Source of the DNA: an uncultured Pseudomonadota bacterium
GTDB taxonomy: Bacteria; Pseudomonadota; Alphaproteobacteria; RF32; CAG-239
DNA: 64,000 bases
Direction: 5' to 3'
NCBI GenBank assembly: GCA_949295935.1
Contig: CASFMW010000001.1
Location: 2,038 to 66,037, forward strand
Shown: piece after piece, positions 56,218 to 64,000 of the stretch
Layout: every line of letters begins with the position of its first letter
Position numbering within the stretch: position 1 is the first letter of the stretch
Position numbers and translations under genes: made by a program
The notes under the pieces: generated by a model
The model's database searches: none
What the model saw: only the letters and a program-made list of their open reading frames with translations
Told to the model about the DNA's origin: nothing

Positions 56218-58676
56218 ATGTCTGAAAAGGAAGCTCTTGCGAGAATTAAAATCAATAAGTTGTTAGAAGAAGCAGGCTGGCGTTTTTTTGATACCGAAAA
56301 AGGCAAAAAGAACATAAGTCTTGAGCATACAACACATATTGAAGATAAAGATAATCCAAAGTTTATTGATTACTTGTTGCTAGATGATAATGGCTATCCT
56401 ATTTGTGCATTAGAAGCCAAAAAAGACAGTATAGACCCATTATTTGCCAAAGACCAAGCAAGAGCATATGCAGAATCGCAAAATATTCGTTTTGTTATCT
56501 TATCAAACGGAGATATTCATTATTTATGGGATATAAAATCAGGAAATCCGCAGCTGATTACCTCAATGCCTTCACCGGAATCTTTATTATCCAGAAAATC
56601 ATTTATTCCTAATCCCAAAGCTTTAGCAACAACAAAGATTATTCCGGAATATGTAGCTTTAACTCAAAACCCCAATTTATTAAATGAACCTTTGTATTTA
56701 GATGAAAAGACCAGAGGCAAATATTGTTGGGATAACGGATACCGTGTTTTAAGACCTTACCAAATGAAGGCGGTTGAAGAAGTTCAAAAAGCCGTAGGTC
56801 AAGGAAAAAACAGGTTTTTGCTGGAAATGGCAACCGGTTTGGGCAAAACATTAACAGCCGGAGCTTTAATCCAACTATTTTTGAAAACCGAAAATGCCAA
56901 AAGAGTGTTGTTTTTGGTTGATAGAATAGAGCTTGAAAATCAAGCATATAAAAACTTTTGCTCTTTACATCTGTCATTTATAAAAAAGCTCGTAATGATT
57001 GGTATAAAGCAAATGTTGTTATTACAACCATTCAAAGCATTGACGGCAAATATAATCAGTTGTTTTCACCAACGGATTTTGATTTGCTGATATCTGACGA
57101 GGCTCACAGATGTATCGGAGGCAATAGCCGAGCCGTATTTGAATATTTTGTCGGTTATAAATTAGGCTTAACGGCCACCCCGAAAGATTATCTGAAAAAT
57201 ATTGATACGAAAAAGCTAAATGAGCAAGACCCCAAAGCCTTAGAACGCAGAATATTGCTTGATACATATAAGACCTTTGGTTGCGAGAGCGGAGACCCAA
57301 CATTTAGATACTCTCTGTTGGATGGTGTAAAAGCCGGATTCTTGGTTAATCCGATTGTTATAGATGCCAGAACCGAAATCACCACACAGCTTTTATCCGA
57401 TAAAGGTTATATTATTAACACCACCAATGAATATGGTGATGAAGTTGAAGATTCTGTTTATCAGAAAGATTTTGAAAAGAAATTCTTTTCAGAAGAAACC
57501 AACTGGACATTTTGCAAAACCTTTATGGAAAATGCCTTAAAAGACCCAATATCGGGAGAAATTGGTAAAACAATTATCTTTGGTGTCAGTCAGAAACATT
57601 GTGCGAAACTCACACAAATCTTAAATCAAATTGCAAATAAGATGTATCCGGGAAAATATAATTCTGATTTTGCCGCACAAATAACCTCATCTGTATTTGA
57701 GGCTCAGCAATCTACCATCAATTTTGCCAATAATAACTTGAATGGCAAAAGCCGATTTTTAGAAGGTTATGATACCAGCAAAACCAGAGTTTGCGTAACG
57801 GTTGGCATGATGACCACTGGTTATGATTGCTCTGATTTGTTAAATATCTGTTTGATGAGGCCGATATTCTCTCCGACCGATTTTGTGCAAATTAAAGGAC
57901 GCGGCACCAGAAAGCATACATTCAAATACACCGATGCCGATAAACAAACAACAACCGTTGAAAAGCAAAACTTCAAAATGTTTGATTTCTTTGGCAACTG
58001 TGAATATTTTGAAGAAAAATTTAATTATGATGAAGAGTTAAAACTGCCGAAAATAACGGAAAAGAATTCCGGTGAAGGCGTTCCGAGACCACCGATAAGT
58101 GAAATCGTTTTGGGAGATATAGACCCTCTTAAAACGGTTAATACCACGCATATTGGTGAAGAAGGTATGCGTATTGACCGAGAGTTTTTCCAAAAAGCCA
58201 AAGAAACACTGCAAAACGACCAAGAAATTGCCGATGCTGTTGATAATGAGCAATGGGAAAGAGCCATCAACATCATCAAACAAAAGTATGAAAATCAGCC
58301 TCAACTCTATATGAACCTAGAGAAGATTAAGAAAACTCAAAAGCTTGATAGAAACATCACTTGGCGAGAAGTTTTGGAATATGTCTTTAACATCTTGCCC
58401 AAGTTTAAATCAAAAGATGAGCTTTTGGAAGATGAGTGCGATAAATTCATTTCCATATATAAGCCGAATGCCGAGCAAGTTCCTTATATCAAGAACTTTA
58501 TCAAGGCATATATAACAGATGCCGCCTTCCGAGAGATTATAGATAACAACTGTATAATCAGACTTAATACGGATTATGTCGGGTTTTCCGTGCTTGACTA
58601 TAGAAAAATCAAAGGATATGAAAATATATTGCCGATTTATATTAAAGAAAATGTCAATATGAACTTGTTTATGTAA
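56218..58676 (+). pseudogene. hsdR: type I restriction enzyme R subunit (HsdR), interrupted by a frameshift near 56952-56966
   Basis: Segment 1 (56218-57090) has an HsdR N-terminal nuclease-type region (EALARIKINKLLEEAGWRF...EAKK) and helicase motif I (EMATGLGKT). Segment 2 (reading frame shifted by one, open from 56952) has LISDEAHR (DEAH), GLTATP and the C-terminal helicase half. The two frames overlap at an A5/T4 tract. Confidence 0.8.
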
Positions 58677-58688
58677 AGGATTATTAAG

Positions 58689-61187
58689 ATGTTAGATAAA
58701 GATACCAAAACAACCATTCAAAATGCTCGTGATGTTTTGGTTGGAAAAGTTCCAAACCCTGTATCGCAAATAGATTTAATTACCACGGCGATGATATACA
58801 AGTTCATGGATGACATGGATTTGGAAAATATAGAATTCGGCGGCAAAAGAGTATTTTTTACAGATGATTTAGAGCCTTATGCTTGGAGCAAGCTCATGAA
58901 TCCCAAGCTTGGCCATTATGAACGCATTTCTTTATATGCCGAAGCATTGGATAAATTGCAAGTTGCTAAACAAATTCCTGATTTGTTCCGCAGAATCTTT
59001 AAAGGGGCTTTTTTGCCGTTTAGAGACGGAGCAACGCTGACTTTGTTCTTAAACGAGATAAATCAACTCAAATATGATAATTCTGAAAATCTGGGCGATG
59101 CTTTTGAATTTTTGTTATCTGTTATGGGTTCGCAAGGAGATGCCGGACAATTCCGCACACCTCGCCATATTATAGATTTTATTGTAGATGTGGTTAATCC
59201 GCTTAAAACGGATAGTATTTTAGACCCAGCCTGCGGCACAGCCGGATTTTTAATTTCTGCTTACAAGCATATAATCAACCAAGCCAAACAAAAAGGCAAA
59301 CTCTTAACACCGGCAGAAATGAAAACTCTAACCAATAATATTAACGGTTATGATATTTCACCGGATATGGTTAAGCTTGCCTCGGTTAATTTGTTTTTAC
59401 ATCAGTTCAAACAACCGCATATTTATGAATATGACACCTTATCATCAGACGTCCGTTGGGATGAGAAGTTTGATGTCATCTTGGCTAATCCGCCCTTTAT
59501 GACACCAAAAGGCGGAATTATGCCGCACAGTCGTTTCGGCGTGAAATCTAACCGTTCAGAAGTTTTGTTTGTTGATTATTTTATGGAACATCTAAACATC
59601 AACGGCAAAGCCGGTTTTGTTGTGCCGGAAGGCATTATCTTCCAATCAGCAAACGCTTATAAGGCGTTGCGTAAAATGATGGTGGAAGAAAATTATCTTT
59701 ATGCAGTGGTGAGCCTTCCAAGCGGGGTGTTTAACCCTTATTCCGGTGTCAAAACCTCTATTTTGTTCTTTGATAAGGCGTTGGCAAAGAAAACCGATAA
59801 CATTTTATTTGTAAAAGTTGATAATGATGGCTTTGATTTAGGTGCTCAAAGACGCCCAATCAAAGAAAACGATATTCCTAACGCTCTTGAAGCCCTAAAA
59901 GCTTATCGAAACAGTATTGAACAAAATACAGAGTTTGATACAGACAAATATGGTAAATGTCTGTTGGTCTCAAAAGACAAAATCAGAGAAAACGGCGAAT
60001 ATAATCTAACCGCCTCTCGCTATGAAGAAACCAAAGATTACACTAACAGCCAATATGAAATGGTAAAGTTAGGGGATGTATGCAATCTACAAAGAGGCTT
60101 TGCGTTTAAAAGCGAAGATTATGTAGATGAGGGAATTTTTAATTTTAGAGTTACAAATATAGGAGATAACGGTTCTCCCGATAAAAAAGATGCAAAATAT
60201 TTACCTAAAGACTTTTATCAAAAATATTCTGAATACAGGTTAAATGATGGGGATTTTGTTATTGTAATGGTTGGAGCAACAACTGGAAAAATAGGCTATA
60301 TAACAAAGGATATTTTACCTGCATTACTTAATCAAAATATGTGGAAATTTGTTCCAGATAACACAAAATTACATAGAAAATATTTATACTACATCATGAA
60401 AGAAAATGCTCTTCTTCAAAAACAAGGAGGAGCAAGGGATTATTTAAAACAATCTGATTTCATACAGCAAAAAATTCCGCTTCCGCCGCTTGAGGTTCAA
60501 GAAGAAATTGTTAAAGAATTAGACCAATACCAAGCCATTATAGACGGAGCTCAAAAGGTTGTAGATAATTGGAAACCCACCTTTACCATCAACCCAAACT
60601 GGGAAAAAGTTAAGATTGGTGATGTTTGCCAACTAATAAATGGGATTGCTTTTAAACCGGAAGAGTGGGAAACAAAGGATAAAGGAGGATTACCTATAAT
60701 TAGAATACAAAATCTTAATAATCCTGAAGCAGAATATAACTATTCAAGTAAAAATGTAAAATCTGATGTCATTATAGAAAATGGACAGTTGTTATTTTCT
60801 TGGTCAGGGTCAAGAGGAACATCCTTTGGACCTCATATATGGAAAGGAAAAAAAGCAATATTAAATCAACATATATTTAAGGTGATATATGATATAAAAA
60901 AATATGAAAAATACTTTTTGTATATGGCTCTGAAAAAAATTGTTTCACAAGTTGAAAATACATTACATGGGGGAGTTGGCCTAGTTCATATAACCAAAGG
61001 GGATTTGGAAAATATAAACCTACCACTTCCATCTCTTGAAGAACAAAAGGCTATAGTTGCTCAGATTGAACAAGAAGAACAATATGTTGATGCTTGTAAA
61101 AAACTAATAGAAATCAATCAACCAAAAATCACCAACAAAATCAACTCTATCTGGAATAGCAACATAGAGGATATAAAGGATGAATGA
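58689..61187 (+). CDS. fused type I R-M methyltransferase + specificity subunit (HsdM-HsdS in one 832-aa polypeptide)
   Basis: The N-terminal about 460 aa carry GQFRTPRHI, DPACGTAGFL and ILANPPF (N6-adenine MTase). The C-terminal about 370 aa hold two TRD + conserved-helix units (VKLGDVCNLQRGFAFKS...IPLPPLEVQEEIV and VKIGDVCQLINGIAFKP...LPLPSLEEQKAIV). There is no stop or frameshift between the two parts. Confidence 0.8.
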   Translation: MLDKDTKTTIQNARDVLVGKVPNPVSQIDLITTAMIYKFMDDMDLENIEFGGKRVFFTDDLEPYAWSKLMNPKLGHYERISLYAEALDKLQVAKQIPDLFRRIFKGAFLPFRDGATLTLFLNEINQLKYDNSENLGDAFEFLLSVMGSQGDAGQFRTPRHIIDFIVDVVNPLKTDSILDPACGTAGFLISAYKHIINQAKQKGKLLTPAEMKTLTNNINGYDISPDMVKLASVNLFLHQFKQPHIYEYDTLSSDVRWDEKFDVILANPPFMTPKGGIMPHSRFGVKSNRSEVLFVDYFMEHLNINGKAGFVVPEGIIFQSANAYKALRKMMVEENYLYAVVSLPSGVFNPYSGVKTSILFFDKALAKKTDNILFVKVDNDGFDLGAQRRPIKENDIPNALEALKAYRNSIEQNTEFDTDKYGKCLLVSKDKIRENGEYNLTASRYEETKDYTNSQYEMVKLGDVCNLQRGFAFKSEDYVDEGIFNFRVTNIGDNGSPDKKDAKYLPKDFYQKYSEYRLNDGDFVIVMVGATTGKIGYITKDILPALLNQNMWKFVPDNTKLHRKYLYYIMKENALLQKQGGARDYLKQSDFIQQKIPLPPLEVQEEIVKELDQYQAIIDGAQKVVDNWKPTFTINPNWEKVKIGDVCQLINGIAFKPEEWETKDKGGLPIIRIQNLNNPEAEYNYSSKNVKSDVIIENGQLLFSWSGSRGTSFGPHIWKGKKAILNQHIFKVIYDIKKYEKYFLYMALKKIVSQVENTLHGGVGLVHITKGDLENINLPLPSLEEQKAIVAQIEQEEQYVDACKKLIEINQPKITNKINSIWNSNIEDIKDE

Positions 61188-61995
61188 GATAAGACGACCG
61201 ATGATAGAACTCAAATATTCAGAAAGTGTATCCGCAAAAGATTTGGGGACATATTTTAACTGTTTAAATAATGAGTTTAAGACATTTATAAAGGACAATA
61301 ACTATCAAGATATTTTTAGCGACCAACTCGCAATTAAAGAAATAAAACCTGGTTCAATAGAGATTTTTCCGGTTTTAGAGTATGTTGGGGCAGTTCTACC
61401 TTTAATTGACCAAGCAAATGTTATAATAGACTTTTTTAATTCTATATCCGCTGGATTAAGGCTTTTGGAGCAATCTCCGGATAAAGTAGATTATTCTCAA
61501 AAAAAATTATCAAATTATAAAGGGCTTAATGGTTTGTCAGTAGCCGGAGATAATAATGTTATCAATTATACCATCATAAACAATTATGGAACACCAGATG
61601 AACAAAGAAAGACATTAGCGAGCTTTGATAACACTAAATCTCAAAAAATTGAGAAGCATATAAATGAGAAGTTATTAGAAGGTAAAAAAGTTGACAATAC
61701 CATTGCTCAAACGGTTGTTTTTTATTGGGATACAGCACGATTTAATAAATCAAAACCATTTAATTATAAAGGGATATGCAGAAAAATATCACCAAATCCA
61801 TATAATGTCATTTTTGATGATGAAAAGGTTAAAAATTATATGACAAGAGAGAGTCATTTAGATAAGCCGTGGCAGGATTTGTGCTATGTTGTAGATATTG
61901 AACTTACGGAAGGAAAATCAAAACCTGTTTATAAAATTACCAAAGTTTATGAAGACCAAACATTCTTTCAAGAAACTGAAGATAATGAGAACTAA
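61180..61995 (+). CDS. hypothetical protein (271 aa), no recognisable domain; first gene of the R-M-appended cassette
   Basis: Its ATG overlaps the last 8 nt of hsdMS. The ORF is long and uninterrupted in an AT-rich context where random ORFs are short. Confidence 0.6.
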   Translation: MNEIRRPMIELKYSESVSAKDLGTYFNCLNNEFKTFIKDNNYQDIFSDQLAIKEIKPGSIEIFPVLEYVGAVLPLIDQANVIIDFFNSISAGLRLLEQSPDKVDYSQKKLSNYKGLNGLSVAGDNNVINYTIINNYGTPDEQRKTLASFDNTKSQKIEKHINEKLLEGKKVDNTIAQTVVFYWDTARFNKSKPFNYKGICRKISPNPYNVIFDDEKVKNYMTRESHLDKPWQDLCYVVDIELTEGKSKPVYKITKVYEDQTFFQETEDNEN

Positions 61996-62350
61996 TTTTA
62001 TAGAAATTCCTGAGTTATCAGAAAAACTAACTGAACTGTTTAATAGACCATATCATTTTTATAAAAATATAGTTTATTTCTGTGAAGAAATAACCATCGA
62101 TAGATATAAAAATGTGCAATTTATTGTTAATACCGATGACCACTCACCACTTCATTTTCATATAGAAACAACTAATCCTGATGGAGCATATAAAGTCTTT
62201 CTAGATGAAAAGTATTCTATTGTAAGATTTGATATAATATATGGAAAACGTTTGCCAAAAAGAATCATAAAAACCATAAACTGTTGGTATGAAGAACAAA
62301 ATGGGAAAAGAAAAGTTTTGGAAGAATTACATAGAGTAGGAATGATATGA
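61985..62350 (+). CDS. DUF4160-like protein with an N-terminal extension of about 45 aa
   Basis: From MRTNFIEIPEL, the core is FIVNTDDHSPLHFHIETT...GAYKVFLDE...GKRLPKRIIKTINCWYEEQNGKRKVLEEL. This matches the DH.PPHFH...lP.r....v..W pattern of DUF4160, from memory. Its start overlaps the upstream gene by 11 nt. Confidence 0.55.
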   Translation: MRTNFIEIPELSEKLTELFNRPYHFYKNIVYFCEEITIDRYKNVQFIVNTDDHSPLHFHIETTNPDGAYKVFLDEKYSIVRFDIIYGKRLPKRIIKTINCWYEEQNGKRKVLEELHRVGMI

Positions 62351-63318
62351 ATATCAGGGAATATTACTGTGATAATGAAACCATCAATGAGTTTCTTGAA
62401 TTTCTTCCTATAACGACAGAAGAAGATTATCCTTGGATGCAAAAATATATCAGCGATTTGATGCTCCACATTGAAAAAGCGGAATATGAATTGGCTGTTA
62501 TTTCATCTCATATGATTTATATGTTTATTATCTACTCTTTTATTTTGAAGAAAAAAACATTTGAGTTGAGAGAAATACAGTCTGATTTTGCACAAGATAA
62601 GGAGCATTGTCCCAAGAGTAATACAGAAATTAGTCCTTATATATATGTAAATAAATCAGATAAAAATGTATTTGAAAGTCTAAAACAAACCAAGAAAATG
62701 AAAAGCCTTCATCATCAAATTGTTAAAATCAGAGACAACATAGCTCATTGTTCTGGTATAGAATATCAAGAAAATGATTTTATAGAATATATAGAAAGCT
62801 GCATAAAATGTTTTAAAGAACTAATTTCTACTATTTTTAATGAATTAAAGGATACAGAAAAATTTACCCAAGCATTAGAAGAATCCTCTCTTGAAGATGT
62901 GGTAAGTGACTTTTTATTATCGCCAAAAGAACTTTATATAATATGTGAAGAAAATATTAGAGAAGCTATTGAATCTTATCTGAGCGAAATTACGACATGG
63001 GATGATTGTTTGAATGATACAATCCCATCTAACTATGGTATAAACAATTATGAATTTTATGTTGATGACGTATTGTTAGAATTGGATTATGTCGAAGACC
63101 AAAGCATACAAGGGCATTTTTCATCAGATGTTGATTTCAATATAGATTTTCAAATGGCATCTTCAAACCCAGACGATGGATACAATGAAGCTTATTGCAA
63201 AAAACATTTTATTGAAGGCGACTTTGAATATAGCCTAATTGATAATCATTGTGATATACAAATAAACAATATGCCAACCATAGACTTTTATGCAGAAGAT
63301 TTACCGGATCCCCATTAA
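62347..63318 (+). CDS. HEPN-like (R-x4-H motif) protein with a highly acidic C-terminal half
   Basis: Its ATG overlaps the upstream stop (ATGA). The N-terminal half is helical and carries LHHQIVKIRDNIAHCSG (R129-x4-H134, nt 62731-62748). The C-terminal about 150 aa are rich in D/E/N/Y. Confidence 0.55.
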   Translation: MNIREYYCDNETINEFLEFLPITTEEDYPWMQKYISDLMLHIEKAEYELAVISSHMIYMFIIYSFILKKKTFELREIQSDFAQDKEHCPKSNTEISPYIYVNKSDKNVFESLKQTKKMKSLHHQIVKIRDNIAHCSGIEYQENDFIEYIESCIKCFKELISTIFNELKDTEKFTQALEESSLEDVVSDFLLSPKELYIICEENIREAIESYLSEITTWDDCLNDTIPSNYGINNYEFYVDDVLLELDYVEDQSIQGHFSSDVDFNIDFQMASSNPDDGYNEAYCKKHFIEGDFEYSLIDNHCDIQINNMPTIDFYAEDLPDPH

Positions 63319-63585
63319 ATATAGGTCTGTTCATTATTGTGCCCTTTCTTAATTATATTCACTTTCCAAAGCAAAATTTAAAACGACATGGAGCAGAGTC
63401 GCTGCGTATCTAGTTGCGTAAAACAAAACAACATGTTGATAACATTTTCTTATTTTGTTGCCAATTTTGAGGCGAATTCGTATCGTAATACGACAAAACA
63501 ACAGGTTTTATTTAAAACAGCTTGACTCATATTTTTTTAAATCGTAGCATCATCGTAGAGTTTTTAATAAACAAAGGAAGCAACA

Positions 63586-63972
63586 ATGGCTTTTGAGAGA
63601 TTCGAAAATATTGGTGGAATATACGTAACTAAAGCGAGCATATCCAACCGCGGCATAATCAGTTTAAGTCAAGGAGCGTGCAACTCTTTCAACTTAACTC
63701 CTGAAAATGCGAAGTTTGTTCAACTTTACTACGACAAAGAAAGTTGCCTTATAGGTTTAAAATTTGTCGCAGAACAGAGCGGAGCCGTGGCAAATGTAAG
63801 GTTTAGAAATACTTCCTTAGATTTTTCAGCGAAGTCTCTTTTGGATTATTACAAAATAATGCCAGAAAAAACAAGCTCTTATGAAATATCTAAGTTGGAT
63901 GATGAAATGATTGTTATCAATATGAAGAGTGCAAAGGTAAGACAAACTAAAGATTCAAACTCTTCACAATAA
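63586..63972 (+). CDS. hypothetical protein (128 aa)
   Basis: AAGGAAG lies 8 nt before the ATG, and TTGACT-17 nt-TAGCAT lies about 50 nt upstream. There is no clear domain. A weak AbrB/SpoVT-like beta pattern (ISNRGIISLSQGACNSFNL...VQLYYDKESCLIGLKF) is speculative. Confidence 0.45.
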   Translation: MAFERFENIGGIYVTKASISNRGIISLSQGACNSFNLTPENAKFVQLYYDKESCLIGLKFVAEQSGAVANVRFRNTSLDFSAKSLLDYYKIMPEKTSSYEISKLDDEMIVINMKSAKVRQTKDSNSSQ

Positions 63973-64000
63973 GATTCCTGAAAAGGAATGGAGTCGGAAA

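Larger units (their letters stand above)
53618..64000. mobile_element. integrase-bearing genomic island inserted in tRNA-Arg(CCT); the right boundary is not in the window
   Basis: The island starts at the break in the truncated tRNA. It contains a P4-type integrase, an Xis-like HTH fusion, a second tRNA-Arg(CCT), a type I R-M operon and ORFans. It is visibly more AT-rich than the rpsA side. No terminal direct repeat was found within the window. Confidence 0.65.

Noticed and set aside
56206-58676. Treating 56206-57090 and 56958-58676 as two genuine separate genes.
   Set aside because: Helicase motif I is in the first ORF and motifs II/III are in the second. The two frames overlap exactly at a homopolymer tract. 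This is a single hsdR with a frameshift, whether real or a sequencing artefact.

Overview
The window is AT-rich bacterial chromosome. Its gene content and synteny look alphaproteobacterial: mutM / enoyl-CoA hydratase / rpsT / dnaA-dnaN-recF, gpmI-envC-ctpA-yibQ-rppH, ihfB-lapA-like, cmk-rpsA. This is an inference from gene order, and no database search was possible.

About 53 kb (roughly 1.0-53.5 kb) is housekeeping core. It carries parE, rpsB-tsf, gyrB, polA, a class A PBP, yejAB, accA, rmuC, accD, tsaB, a Lon-like protease, an LMW phosphatase and rsmE. Two tRNA-linked accessory segments flank this core.

- **Left edge (1-800):** a very AT-rich CDS that is open to the window start. It abuts the 3' end of a tandem tRNA-Ala(CGC)/tRNA-Ala(GGC) pair.
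- **Right end (about 53.6 kb to beyond 64 kb):** a genomic island that begins inside a truncated tRNA-Arg(CCT). It carries:
  - a P4-type tyrosine integrase, translationally coupled to an unusual Phe-repeat solenoid + excisionase-HTH fusion;
  - an intact but sequence-divergent tRNA-Arg(CCT) on the opposite strand;
  - a type I R-M operon with a frameshifted hsdR and a fused hsdM-hsdS;
  - three overlapping genes of unknown function appended to that operon: a 271-aa ORFan, an N-terminally extended DUF4160-like protein, and a 323-aa protein with a HEPN-type R-x4-H motif (KIRDNIAH) and a very acidic C-terminal half.

That R-M-appended cassette is my best candidate for an undescribed system, namely an R-M-linked abortive-infection or toxin module.

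Other points worth a second look:
- two tandem membrane-protein paralogs that share a 92-bp, 98%-identical promoter/leader/first-9-codon block while the rest of each gene has diverged;
- a yejAB transporter fragment with no yejEF;
- a PAS-only sensor and an orphan HPt protein;
- tandem secreted paralogs;
- a 595-bp AT-rich dnaA-rpsT spacer with a DnaA box and a (TCAAAA)5 microsatellite.

No CRISPR array, rRNA, IS element or transposase was seen.
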